This document shows, in pieces, positions 24,875-52,746 of a DNA stretch of 64,000 bases; within the stretch, counting starts at the first letter, position 1, and the number at the start of each line of letters is the position of its first letter. Position numbers and translations under genes: made by a program. The notes beneath the pieces are model-generated. The model did not search any database and had not been told where the DNA came from. It saw only the letters and a program-made list of their open reading frames with translations. The stretch is from contig CM035351.1 of assembly GCA_020137815.1 (NCBI GenBank), positions 9,734,001 to 9,798,000 on the forward strand. Direction: 5' to 3'. This DNA is from Hormiphora californensis. Taxonomy: Eukaryota > Animalia > Ctenophora.

Positions 24875-25275
24875 AAGAATTGATCATGTTTAGCGTCTTT
24901 TTTGACCCACTATTCCTCAAATGCTGATACTCGCGGGTATTTTCCGTAAAACTAGAGACAATTATCTGCCAGGAGCAACAAACGAGATGCAAATCGGTTC
25001 AGTAGTTCCTTGCAGCCAGGTCTTTAAAAAAGTTTGCTCTAAAATCAATAACGGGCCGGAGGCCTGTATGTGAGATCGATCTCGGTCGCTGCGCGATCTC
25101 ACTCAGGGATCAATGTGGCCAAGGTATCGCGACCTTATTCAGACTTGTATAATGAGTTTAATTTGTACACACTGCAGAGTGCAGGGTCCACATGAGACAC
25201 ATGTTGTACACGTCTCATCTGTGGTTATATTTTCCATGAGGTTATCCTACACGAGTCACACACCACACTCTCAAC

Positions 25276-39649
<14,374 letters not shown>

Positions 39650-40350
39650 GACTCGCCCGTTCTCACTAGCCCTGCTAAATCTTGAGCTGTATGGAAAGAT
39701 CTCGATGCCCTCTTTCCGAGGAGCCCAATATGATTTGATTTGACCAAGCAATGACAGAGTTATGACCAAACAAGTCCAATTTTGTTGCTAAAGTTGTGTG
39801 AATGTTCCGCTATAACCAATCGATCCTCTATTTGTTTTCAAAATTGGTTATTACTAATGTTTTAGTGAAAACCCAGTCTTTCTACTGTTCCAGGGATCTG
39901 CCATTCAGGGATAAAGAGGCCAAAAATATCATAGGCGAAGGTTTGGTGACATGGACACCTGTGTGAGATCGACGTCACACGCAACTGAGATCGATCTCAC
40001 ATTCTCACATACACGCTAAGGACACTCAATCACGTGACCGCAACAACCACATTGAACCAGCTATTGCCCCAGCCGTTAAATCGGGGCCCGACTGTAATCT
40101 GTATAATTAAAATGTATCTTGGGGAGCCATTCTACTACACTCTTTTTCTTTCCTCCTCTTTTTCTTTCCCCCTCTTTTTCTTTCTTTCAATTAATAAGAC
40201 AGTCCTTTTCTTTATAATTGAAGCCTTTCTAAGTGGCAAATTTGAAGTATACAGTGTCTTACAGAATTTCTCTTGTCTCTCACGTGACTAGGCAAGAGCC
40301 GCTGCCTGCTAGCCAACCGCAACTAAGTAAAACAATTGGTTCAGTCTATC

Positions 40351-40438
<88 letters not shown>

Positions 40439-40512
40439 AGAGAATAGAGTAAGCTGATATCGAGACGCGAGAGACGAGAGAGAGAGAATCTCTCTCTCAT
40501 CGCTATAGATCT

Positions 40513-40578
<66 letters not shown>

Positions 40579-41274
40579 CACTCTTTCACTCCCTCTCACA
40601 GTTTCTCCTTCTCTTACCCGGCCAGTATTCGTTTATAACTTCAAAATTAGGTACCAGCTGCTTACTATCATTACAGTAGTCGAACAATTTAGGGTAAATC
40701 GTCACCAATAAATTGCTCAAACTGATATGAAACCCGATAGCTGATTTATCAGTCGTTTGAAGAATTTACACGCACATGATAACTGCCAGCTGGGGGATTT
40801 AACACCCTCCTCGCAGTTTGACAGACCAGTTCCCTTTTTCACGCGTTTCTCTTCATTTGAGTAACATGCGTGTAAAATTCTAAGTATTGAAAATGTGTGT
40901 AAACACACAGTTCTGTCAACAAAAGAAAGGGGAAACATGTCTATTGTCTGCAACACTTTTCAATGTTATGTCTCTCATTAGGAGTGAAAAGAATCACATT
41001 CCATTCATGTTTCTCTCTCATTTTGTATTGTTCATACTATTAGAGGTGCAACAGCACAACTCTCATTGTCTCTTTTACTGTTCACTACCTCTGACAGAGT
41101 GCATTGCCCCTAATCTTTCTCTCTCTTTCTCAAACATGTTAGGAACAGTAGACACTAAAGTCTTTAAGTCTACACACATTTTGAGGGTGTCTGTTGACTA
41201 TTTGCCAGCAGTCCTAGTGTATTTCACCTTGTGTTGTGTCTCTTATTTGTGTGTAATTACTATCGGGTTTCATA

Positions 41275-41590
41275 AACTATGAACGTTTGTTAGCCTATCG
41301 CGTTATAGGTTTAAATCACCTCCCCCTCACCCTCGGCTGGCGCGTCGGGTTTTAAACCAGTTTAATCGCCCTGCCGGACAATTAAACTCCAGTTGGCTGT
41401 CCCCAGCTCGCGCTGGGAACAGCCAACTGTAGCGAAACTGGGCGTGGGCGCGCACATAGAGAGAATACAGAGAAAGAACCACCACTGTGGTCCATTATCA
41501 GTTAGAGTTTTACTGTTGATGGGATCCCATTAATGGGATGCCATTCAGTTAGAGTTTCCCCTAACGCGCCAGTCTACAAACGTTCATAGT
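41275..41590. mobile_element. Short TIR element (actatgaacgtttgt...acaaacgttcatagt)
   Basis: Terminal inverted repeat with internal hairpins; a related end occurs at about 62819. Confidence 0.55.
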
Positions 41591-42829
41591 TCATTTGCAG
41601 ACGTATTTAGAATTAGAGTGAGAAAATGCGTACTTTTGTTAACTTATTATTCATGCTGCTTGCTATTTGACTCACTTCTGGAATGATTCGAAATCCCGTT
41701 TGTCCCCACAAAATGAATTCCGAGCTAATTAAAGTTTACAATATTGGTCAACCTATTTATTTGTCCCATAGAGTTAATGTGCCAAATTTTTGCGCTCTAC
41801 GATATCGGGAACCATGCTAGGGACATTTTTTCTGACCATCACTGTAGTTCTCTTTTCAAGCATTTGACATTTCCCTCCAAATGGATTTTTTTGGTTCTGC
41901 AGTTGTACTGCACTGCACCCTCCATCCTTCTCCAACCTACTATCTCCATCGTTATGGCCCTCCAGTATCCTTTTCTTCTTCCCACTTATGTGTCACTCGA
42001 TGTTGGGCACGCAGCTGTATGAAAGTTTGATTGTGTTGCGATTTATCAGCTTACTAATACAGTCGGACCCCGATTTAGTGGCATCATCGGGGGAAAAAAT
42101 CCTGCCACTAAATCGAGGTGAGCCATATTTGGCCCATAAAAACCTATTTTATGTCCAAAATGCTATACTAAGACTAAAGACACCTCTAACTGTTATATGC
42201 AATATTCATGACATGATCATTTCTGATTAGAAATAGAAAACTATAAAATAACTTTTTCAAAAAATTGTGAAAAATTTTCTAAGTTAGGGGGGAGGCACAC
42301 TGAAGTTGAGCGCGCTCGTTCAAATCTCAACGATTATGTCGAAGCTATAAAAATGTAGATAGGACATTTTGCAATCAGCTGTCTCATATTGTTTCTCTGT
42401 CTTATATTTTGATCATGATTCTTTAAACTTTTTTTCTTCGAAATTTCGTTATTGATTTATTTTCAATGTCTGGTCCCACTCTAACGTACGATGGGTGGGT
42501 GCAAGCCCGAATCGTATCGGGAAATTCTTTTTCTTGACTTTCATAAAGGTCCATTATTTCTTCCTAGTTAATTTAACTCCTAATGGAACGATTCAAGAGC
42601 CAGACCAGTAACAGTGGCTCTACTAGACAACTGAAAAAGTTGAAGAGCAAGAGTTCTTCTCGTCTTTCGCAGCCACCTAGAATAGCGGCCATGGAGGTAA
42701 GTAATAGCTATATTTGGCAAAGAGTACTATGTACCTACACAAAGGGCCACAAGATGATTCCGGTCGAGCAGCTTGAGGACTTCGTTTGGAATTAGATTTA
42801 GCTTTGGCTGTTTTCAGAGTTTTAATCGT

Positions 42830-44857
42830 CTAAGTTAGTTCATCAAGTGAGATGGGTTCATAATGGTAACAGGATCCTCCTTCCCAAGTGATTCCGCTTG
42901 GTTGCTGATTAGGTCCGCTTCTGCTAGCAGCATCCTCTTTTTCATATAACGAGATGGTGCAGGGGTGTTCGTCGGAGTAGAGTTGCTGGAAGAAGTCCTG
43001 GAATTTCTCAATCTCTATAGTTGTGTGGGTAACGGGGTTGTCTTTGTCCTGTCTGAGTATTTCAAAAGCTTTCCAGTTAATTATTTTTCCGTCCTCGATG
43101 TTCTTGTTCATCGTGGCATCGCGTGGCATGACTTTGCTTTCCGAATCATCTTCCGGTAGTTACCCTTTACACTATAGAAGTTCTTTCTAATTGAATCAGC
43201 CTCTGGGAATTTATCTGTTAACCGGGTTGCTTTGCCGAGTAGCCGATCGCGATTAGCAGTTGTTAGTTTCTTGGTGTGTCATGGCTTGGAGTAGTTGATC
43301 TTCGCTGCCTTTCCAAGGTTAGTTGTCTTAAAGGTCAACTTACAAAGTGACTGCACATGGCATAGAAAAGAGTCATAAACGGACGAGGGTTGGACTTCAT
43401 CGGCTAGCTTGTTCTCGATAGATGATAGGGAGTCCAGAGTATCAACTTTCTCTTGGGCATCTTGGAATGCTGATTTGCGCTCTTCAGAGACGATAAATTT
43501 TGCAGGGGCTGTCTCGAACACGTCTCCTAGTTTCTGGTGTGGTGTTAGATTGAAAGGCTGGCATTGGATTTGGACGACCAGTGGGCGATGATCTGAGGTG
43601 GGGATTAGAGGAAGGACGTTCATGTGATCCACATGTTGTAGCTTAGGATGTCCGACGTGGTGGCGATATAGTCAACCACAGCACAGCCATTGTATTGAAT
43701 ACTCGTGAATTTTCTTGTCTTCAGCAAGGGGATACTATATCTGGGACGTAAAACGGTGGGATGGGGAAATGACCGTTATCGGACTCATGAGCCTGGTAGG
43801 GGTCGTCGGCGATGCGGGCATTGAAGTCACCAGAAATTTTCGATTTGCCGCATACACCTCTAGACGGTGTAGTAACGGTGTCTAGACGGGTTTTGATAAA
43901 TCCGCTAAAAGCGGCATAAAATTGCTTGAGATGGGTCAAAAACGTGTTTGATCAAGCTTGAGACGAGTTATATATATAGACTGCATCATTATCGTTGCGA
44001 CGGGTCTCAGAAAACGTCTGGACGGTGTCTAGACTGTACCGGCACGATGTCTAGACGTCGTCTAGACGGTATCGTCTGTTTATTAACAGTTGAAACGGAC
44101 TTTTACAACCCCTTCTGAAAATCAGATGGTATAGTATAGGTTTAGAAACCTGTAACGGATATATAGTGACTATGTGTAGCAAGTACACCTACCATGTCCC
44201 GTTTCAGTTGCGAGGGGCAACGTGTAGCAACTAGAGCCGCGCACACAGCAACAACCTGCTCCTTCATAAACCACTTCATTGATACGTTTTCAGGAAATGT
44301 GTGACGCGCAATTCCGCCATGTGGAGCACAATTTAGCGCTACTAAAACACAAGGATTTGTTCTAAACTGTTTGAGTGATATATCAATGATGGGAAATGTC
44401 TGTGTCATTGGTATACCGTCTGGACACCGTCTAGACACCGTTTCTACACCGTCTAGGCGTTGTATGTGGCAAATCGAAAATTGCCGAAGTCACCTACTAG
44501 GATCACAGAGCCATCCTTCTGTTGTAGATTAGACAGTGTTTAATATACACTGCAGATCCTCGCAGTCTTCTAATTCTATGGTCTCAACACCCGACTTTAT
44601 ATGTCCACTGGAGGCATTTTCAGGTCTAGGAAACCCACACCACCGGTCATTTTGGACACTTGTGAAGTTCGTGAAATTCGGCGCTGGTGTATCCTACCTT
44701 ATTTCTTGCAAGCAGACAATGTCTTTTAAATTCTTTAACATTTCCATTTTCCAAGGTTGACTTGTCGTGGTGCTTTGGTACTCCATTTGAGGTCATATAC
44801 CTGATGTTCCAGCTGAAGATTATTTTCAGTTCTCTGCGGGTCCAGAATAATTTCTCC
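42830..44857 (-). mobile_element. Degenerate non-LTR retrotransposon APE-endonuclease region
   Basis: SWNI, CLQE, GDFNAR (split by an insertion), VVDY and SDHRP motifs in order, with frameshifts. Confidence 0.8.
43832..44485. mobile_element. Mutator-like MITE (TCTAGACG-rich) inserted in the GDFN motif
   Basis: aattttcgatttgccgcatac / gtatgtggcaaatcgaaaattgcc ends; 9-bp TSD gaagtcacc. A relative lies at about 62597-63527 and a partial copy at about 37843. Confidence 0.8.
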
Positions 44858-45750
44858 GGCAATTTGCGATTTGCGGGCATCGCACTATAGACGCAGTACC
44901 CACGTACTATAGACGCATTGTAGACGCACTATAGACGCATTATAGACGCAGTATAGACACACGCAATATAGACGGACTTTCGTAAGCAGCAGTATAGACG
45001 CAGTATACGCGCATTATAACAGCAATATAAACGCATTTTTATAGACGCGACGCAGTATTATAGCCGCATTATGGGCGCACTACCCACCCTAAAATCACTT
45101 CATAGACGCACTATAATAGACGCATTATAGACTGACTATAGCAGCACCATAAACGCTACATAGACGCATATAGACGCATGATAGAAGCATTATAGACGCA
45201 AATCGCTTTTTATAGACGCCGCGTCTATAAAAAACGTGCCTTTTAAAGAAGCATTATGGACGTACTCCAGGCTACAGTGCGATATTTGAGGCGCAGTTGG
45301 GCGTTTTATAAACGCATTAACGCATTTTTGTCGCATATAAAAGGAAGCAGTATAGACGCATTATAGACGCATTATAGCCGCATGTGTGCGAAATCGATAA
45401 AGACGCAATATAGACGCAAAATAAAAAGGAGAGGGAGAGAGAGGGAGGGAGGGAGGGAGAGGGAAGGAGAGGGAAGGAGAGGGAAAGAGAGGGAGGGACT
45501 GAGGGAGGGATACAGGGACAGAAACAGAGACAGACGGATAAAGACCTGAGACAGAAGGACAGAGTAAGATGGAAAGAGAGTAACATAGTAGTGAGAGTGA
45601 TATATTAGAGCGTTTCAGAAATAACTTCGTGTCGCGATATTTCGGGATCTATAAGAGAGAAAGACTTTTACCTAGTTTTATCCTGTTCATTGGACGGTTC
45701 TCTTTCTAGAAACATGTTTTGAATTATACAATAACAAACACGAGTGTTTT

Positions 45751-45797
45751 AGAAAACAATTGTTTCACTACTAGTGGCCTGGTAGATCATCAGTTCC
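45751..45797 (-). ncRNA. Minimal type I hammerhead ribozyme, main pLTR copy
   Basis: ggaa CTGATGA tctaccaggccactagtagt GAAA caattg TT ttct; one mismatch in stem II. Confidence 0.65.
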
Positions 45798-47478
45798 GAT
45801 AATGAAATATCAACAAACAAACAAATCAATCCCTGCTCCTTTAGAAACATTTTAATAGCATGAACTTCCGGGTGTGTCTGCATTTTCCCACAACTTCCGA
45901 GCGCTTGTTCAGGGGGGTTATATCCGTCCTCTTGGAGTTTTCCAGTATTTGTACTTTCTCCGTGGTGCAGAGGTCGCACGATTGTGTTGGTCCATTGGGT
46001 GGGTGCCCTCTGTCAATAACCTTCCACTGTATGGTGAAGTCGGTGTTGCTGTCCTTCAATTCCCATACATGTTTCGACAGTTCAGTTGACTTCCTCGCAT
46101 TTTCCCTCCTGAAGCTGCTCTGGTGTGCATTGTATCTGGTCTTGAATTAATTTTCCGTAAGACCAACGTAGCTGGATGTTCCAGTTTGTGTTGTTACACT
46201 GGCCTCGTAGATCACACCTTTTTGTAGACACTTTTGTTGCAGGGGACATTCAGCTGTTCTTCTACAGTTGCAGGACCGCTCTGTGTTGGCTGGCACTCCA
46301 CTGCTTTTCAATACCCGTTTGTTGTGGGCCTTGATGATCTGGCTCATATTGGGCAGGGTGCTAAAGCTGACTTTAACGGTTCTTCTGTTAAATAGCTTGC
46401 GGAGAGGGTGGCCTATGTAGAAGTGTGAGTCCAGTAGTTGGAGGAATTTCTTGCCGATGTTTGTTTTGGTTAACTGTGAATATGGCGGGGTAAACCAGAT
46501 CACGTTCCTCTTCCTCCTCCTCTTCTTCCTCTTATTTGTGCCGGGCTCTGTGTAATTGAGGAGTCCTTCGAAGTTGCTTCTTTTCAATGCCTCCTCGTAT
46601 GGTCCCTTAGCCTCCATGAACTTCTCTCGGTCGGATGAGAGTTCTGAAATCCTCCTCTCTATCATCTTCGGCAGGTTCTTCTTGATTGACACTGGGTGGT
46701 TGGACCTTTTGTCAACATAGAGTATGGTATTGTCTTTTTTGACATAAGGTTTGTGTGTTTCCGAAGTGATGTCGAGGGTGACGTCTAGGAAGTCCGTTTC
46801 CTTGGAAGGGATGCTCACTGTGATTTTCAGGCCTTCTTGTTTGAACAATTTTATGAGCTACGTTGGTCTTACGGAAAATCAATTCAAGACCAGATACAAT
46901 GCACACCAGAGCAGCTTCAGGAGGGAAAATGCGAGGAAGTCAACTGAACTGTCGAAACATGTATGGGAATTGAAGGACAGCAACACCGACTTCACCATAT
47001 AGTGGAAGGTTATTGACAGAGGGCACCCACCCAATGGACCCACACAATCGTGCGACCTCTGCACCACGGAGAAAGTACAAATACTGGAAAACTCCAAGAG
47101 GACGGATATAACCCCCCTGAACAAGCGCTCGGAAGTTGTGGGAAAATGCAGACACACCGGGAAGTTCATGCTAATAAAATGTTTATAAAGGAGCAGGGAT
47201 TGATTTGTTTGTTTGTTACAATGATGCCATTAGATACATTAGATTACGATTATCATTTTGCATCCTCAAATCAGTACTAATTCAAATTCGAGGCTACCGA
47301 GGGTCTCTCCCATTCTATCCTGATCTAATAGATATGAATCTATAGTACCTCTATTCTTTTTATAAATCACGTTATTAGTATAACCTATTTCTATCAATTA
47401 TGCGAGACGTTGTACAACATGACATTGTAAATTTGTTCTATCTTTTCACGTTTGTTTGTTTGTTGATATTTCATTATC

Positions 47479-47525
47479 GGAACTGATGATCTACCAGGCC
47501 ACTGGTAGTGAAACAATTGTTTTCC
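47479..47525 (+). ncRNA. Minimal type I hammerhead ribozyme, inverted pLTR copy
   Basis: ggaa CTGATGA t-ctacca-ggccac-tggtag-t GAAA caattg TT ttcc: perfect stems I and II, palindromic stem III. Confidence 0.75.
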
Positions 47526-47748
47526 AAAACACTCGTGTTTGTTATTGTACAGTACTCCAGGAAAATTTCATTGCCCTGTCGAGTTCTCCTGAGGACGCAA
47601 TCCCCACAAATCACAGTGTTTTGTAGGATTTTATTATGCCTATAAGTTGTACCTGAAAACTTATAACAGTACGAGACCGAAGGTCGAGTGTTATAAGTGC
47701 AACAATAATGATCCGAGACCACAGGTCGAGGCAGATTCTTGTACTTAA

Positions 47749-49140
47749 GGGTACGCTAACCAAAAATTTTTTTCGAGTGCAGGGAAATCTCTCACCGTAG
47801 GGTTGTAGGCCATGCCAAGGAGACCTCAAATATGCAATTTGAGCTCTCAAGTCGAATTCATATTTTTGGTACAGCTGCTTGAAAAATGAACTGAAAATAA
47901 GTTTTTGGCTTCTCAAAAAATTTTTTTTAAAGATAGGAGCATGAAAATTTGGGGATTTGAAGAGGACATGAAGGTGAATAACCACAAAATTTTTTTTTTG
48001 CAATCCAAGCTGATTTCCGGTCCTGAGATGGATTTCTTTTTTTCCACTTTAACGCCATATTTGGCCAAGTTCCGAAAACATGTGAAAGCTGTAAATTGGT
48101 GAAAAGTTGCGTCTAACGATTATCTAAGTGGCCATAAATTTTGGGCGCGTCCTTATTTGAGATAAGCTGTACAGAGTTTTTTTTGTGAAAGCCGTCATTT
48201 CAGAAATAAATAAATTCCCTGTATCTCAAAAACGGCTGATCGTAGAGACCTGAGACTATGCTTAAACGATTCAGAAGGTCCGATTTTGGGGGGGTCTTCT
48301 GAGAGACATTTTGCTCCTACTTCAACCGTTTTTGCTGTAATTGCGAAAAACAAATTCTATGAAAAGGGCAAAAGCTAAACTCCAATTTCCTGTAATTAGG
48401 GAATTTTAGCTAAGAAAGGACCGAAACTATGGAAAAGTGTGTAACAAGCTAATTCCTTCACTATTTGGTCCATATGGGTCCCTATAATCACCAAAAACAA
48501 AATAACAAAAAATCCACGATGGCGAAGATGGGTTTTTGTTTTTCGCAATTACAGAAAAAACGGTTGAAGTAGGAGCAAAATGTCTCTCAGAAGACCCCCC
48601 CAAAATCGGACCTTCTGAATCGTTTAAGCATAGTCTCAGGTCTCTACGATCAGCCGTTTTTGAGATACAGGGAATTTATTTATTTCTGAAATGACGGCTT
48701 TCACAAAAAAAACTCTGTACAGCTTATCTCAAATAAGGACGCGCCCAAAATTTATGGCCACTTAGATAATCGTTAGACGCAACTTTTCACCAATTTACAG
48801 CTTTCACATGTTTTCGGAACTTGGCCAAATATGGCGTTAAAGTGGAAAAAAAGAAATCCATCTCAGGACCGGAAATCAGCTTGGATTGCAAAAAAAAAAT
48901 TTTGTGGTTATTCACCTTCATGTCCTCTTCAAATCCCCAAATTTTCATGCTCCTATCTTTAAAAAAATTTTTTTGAGAAGCCAAAAACTTATTTTCAGTT
49001 CATTTTTCAAGCAGCTGTAGCAAAAATATGAATTCGACTTGAGAGCTCAAATTGCATATTTGAGGTCTCCTTGGCATGGCCTACAACCCTACGGTGAGAG
49101 ATTTCCCTGCACTCGAAAAAAATTTTTGGTTAGCGTACCC
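47749..49140. mobile_element. Kolobok-like foldback element, second subfamily
   Basis: TTAA-GGGTACGCTAACC termini, ~605-bp arms and a distinct spacer. Confidence 0.8.
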
Positions 49141-51176
49141 TTAAGTGCACGAGCCTGCGAGTGCCACTAAGTGTAACTACCTCACGAGCCTGCGAGTGAT
49201 GTAGTTTTACTTTTTGACCGAGCCTGCGAGGTCTAAAAGTGTACGAATCTGGGACATTATTGTTCACGCCAGGTACAACGAAAACAGGCATAATAAAATT
49301 GCATTGTAAAATTTTTTAAACAAGAGTGAGAGACACTTTAGGGCGTAACAATAGAACAAATTCATGATAAGGTAGCAGGCAGAGAAATCAGTATAAGATA
49401 AGATAACGCCTGAGATAGGTAAAGAGAGTGAGAGATTAGTGAGAGTGAGAGAGATAAAGAATGTGTGGGTCCGGGAGTTCGTAACCGTTATCTTGATCTC
49501 GGTGCTGCAACGGCGTGAGAGTGTGACAAAAAGAAAGAGAGAGGGAGAGAGAGAGAGAGGGAGTTCGTACACGTTCATCTTTCTAACGGTTTTTAAGTGT
49601 GACAGAAACAGTGGAGACTGGAGTTGTAAGTTTTCATGTATCACTGCAGGGGGTGTTATAAGTGAAAACTTATAACACTGGGGGGTGTTATAAGTTGTAC
49701 AAGCAGTGCTACCTAAAGAATTATATTATATCTCAAAATTTTACAATGAATTATATATGACTCGAAATTTGGTTCGTTGACACCATAAGTTGTGCTGCCG
49801 CTGTAAGGCATTGCCAACTTTTTCTAAACGCCATTGGAAGAAAGCTGAAAGCTAGTTAAGATTTTTGACTTCCCGTAGTGCTTAATCGATAGCAAATCGT
49901 CTCAGGATGAGATACATATGTGATTTGGGTCTCGACGCGTTGACTAAAAACATTTAGAACAGTAGATGTAACATGAAAAAACGAAAAATGCCGAAATTTG
50001 ACCTCAATTTTTGGCTTGTTTTAGGGGTATGTTCGAAAACGTCAATTTTTGACTTCAATAAGCCGACGAAGCGAATAATTGACTTCACAATGGCCCAAAG
50101 CTTACTTAGAGCTATCTTTTGCTGCCAAGATATCGGTTATACGTCAGTCCTATAAAACGTGAAGAGACCCGGAAAAGAAAATTTCAAGATCTTGCCAAAT
50201 TTATTTTCAAAGGCCCATTGTTCAGCAACGGATGAAGCTAGGACCTTCTATTACATCTCAAACGAAAGAGAATTGTCTAATGAACAAGTATAATACAATA
50301 AAATGAGAAGTACAGCAGTTTCAGTACTATGCACGTTTTTCCCGTGCAGCGGAATTTTGAGTAAGGTAAATTTCCGAGTTCGCCCAGAGCCAACTTCAAT
50401 GACCATTGCATTGTGTGTAGTCAAGAGTTCAAATAACATGCTAGAAAAGGTTACGTGCAGATATCTTTTATACTTTTGGAGATATCGGAACACGAAGTTA
50501 TTTCTGAAACGCTCTAATATCATGATATAGGGACGGATTGAGACAGAAAAAGACAGAGATGGAAACAAACGGACAGAGACAGACGGACGAACAAACACGC
50601 GCTGACTATCTCCCTCTCTGCCTCACTCTCTCTCTCTCTCTCTCCATCTTAATCTCTCTCCATCTTACTCTGTCCGTCTGTCTCAGATCTGTGTCCATCT
50701 GTCTCTGTCTGATATGTCTCTGTATCCCTCCCTCTTTCCCAGTCCCTCTCCCTCCCTCCCTCCCTCTAGTCTCTCTCCCTCTCCTTCTTATTTTGCGTCT
50801 ATATTGCGTCTTTATCGATTTCGTACACATGCGGCTATAATGCGTCTATAATGCGTCTATACTGCTTCCTTTTAAAATGCGTTTACAGTTCGCCCAACTG
50901 CGCCTCAAATATCGCAGCATGCGTCTGAGTATGTCTATAGTGCTTCTCAAAAAGCACGATTTTTATAGACGCGGCGTCTATAAAAAGCGATTTGCGTCTA
51001 TAATGCGTCTATATGCGTCTATGTAGCTTTTATGGTGCTGCTATAATAGTCAGTCTATAAAGCGTCTATAGTGCGTCTATAAAGTGATTTTGGGGTGGGT
51101 AGTGCGCCTATAATGCGGCTATATAACTGCGTCGCGTCTATATATTTTTATAAAAATGCGTATACATATGCGTATA

Positions 51177-52746
51177 CAGGGTGTCCCATATATTCTATGG
51201 GTCGGTTGGCGAGCTGTCACGCAAAAACGGTGAAAGTTGTGTGAAAACAAACTACGGGAGTGTGCTGGATTAATTCCTTCCTAACTGATTGCTTTGTTTT
51301 AAATTAAAATTTCAAAAGTTCATTTTTCATGAATGAACATTGCTGCCGTTCATTAATGAATTCTGAAATATTGTTTACCTTGAGTAAGTAACTTTTCTTT
51401 GGCTCGCAATTATCTTTCCAATGAGCACCATAAAAGTCAAATTGAAGCACCAGGCCACATGGCAGTTCAGAAAATGAACATGCATGATTTTTGCTCTTTT
51501 TGCCACTTTTAATCAGCTGTATCACCGCTACCTCATCTTCAATTTTTTTGAAACTTTGGGTGAACATTGGATAAGCAAAGATCATCGCTCACAAGAAAAA
51601 TCAAGGTCATAACTCAAAGTTCATTTTTCAATTTTGGCAGTTCATTCCACTCATTCAGGAACCAACATCCCTAAAGTGATGAAATGTGTTGGGTTTTGTT
51701 TGGCCCATGTCCTGCAATGACCGAGAGGTGTAGTAACGTGTTTCCGAGCTAGTTAGTGGGTGCCATGTGATCATGGCGCCATCTGACACCTTCGTTGAGC
51801 AATGATTAAGGGATTTTCTCAAATTGAAGCATGTGATTAGGGTTTCTGCGATTGGTATCGTGCAACAATGTTAAGAGATCTCATAGCACCTCAAAAATAA
51901 TGATTAGTTCAATGAATTGAGTTGATTTATGATCGATAAGATTAAAACCGATGTCACATTGAACTCAACGACCATTTTCGATCATAAATCAACTCATTTC
52001 ATTGAACTAACCCCCAACTAACCATCATTTTCTAGGGGCTATCAGATCTCTTACATTGTTGCACGATACCAATCGCAGAAACCCGAATCACATGCTTCAA
52101 TTTGAGAAAATCCCTTAATTATTGCTCAACGAAGGTGTCAGATGGCGCCATGATCACATGGCACCCACTAACTAGCTCGGAAACACGTTACTACACCTCT
52201 CGGTCATTGCAGGACATGGGCCAAACAAAACCCAACACATTTCATCACTTTAGGGATGTTGGTTCCTGAATGAGTGGAATGAACTGCCAAAATTGAAAAA
52301 TGAACTTTGAGTTATGACCTTGATTTTTCTTGTGAGCGATGATCTTTGCTTATCCAATGTTCACCCAAAGTTTCAAAAAGATTGAAGATGAGGTAGCGGT
52401 GATACAGCTGATTAAAAGTCGCAAAAAGAGCCAAAATCATGCATGTTCATTTTCTGAACTGCCATGTGGCCTGGTGCTTCAATTTGACTTTTATGGTGCT
52501 CATTGGAAAGATAATTGCGAGCCAAAGAAAAGTTACTTACTCAAGGTAAACAATATTTCAGAATTCATTAATGAACGGCAGCAATGTTCATTCATGAAAA
52601 ATGAACTTTTGAAATTTTAATTAAAAAAAAGCAATCAGTTAGGAAGGAATTAATCCAGCACACTCCCGTAGTTTGTTTTCACACAACTATCACTGTTTTT
52701 GCGTGACAGCTCGCCAACCGACCCATAGAATATATGGGACACCCTG
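51177..52746. mobile_element. mariner/Tc1-like foldback element (CAGGGTGTCCC, TA TSD), ~770-bp arms
   Basis: TA-CAGGGTGTCCCATAT...ATATGGGACACCCTG-TA, inserted in the right arm of the 8-kb element. Confidence 0.85.

Larger units (their letters stand above)
45700..47550 (-). mobile_element. Penelope-like element (Naiad-type): RT thumb plus GIY-YIG region, with an inverted pLTR copy
   Basis: DFLDVTLD, SNHP, RNVIWFTPPYS, CNCR...CPL, VIYEA, YVGLTE and CDLC..EK motifs. The segment 46856-47550 is an inverted copy of the 3' part. The main copy has TAA where the inverted copy has CAA. Confidence 0.9.

Noticed and set aside
46147-46149. In-frame stop in the PLE ORF as possible selenocysteine recoding (reported for some Naiads)
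   Set aside because: It is TAA at a Gln position (CAA in the inverted copy), not TGA at a Cys position.
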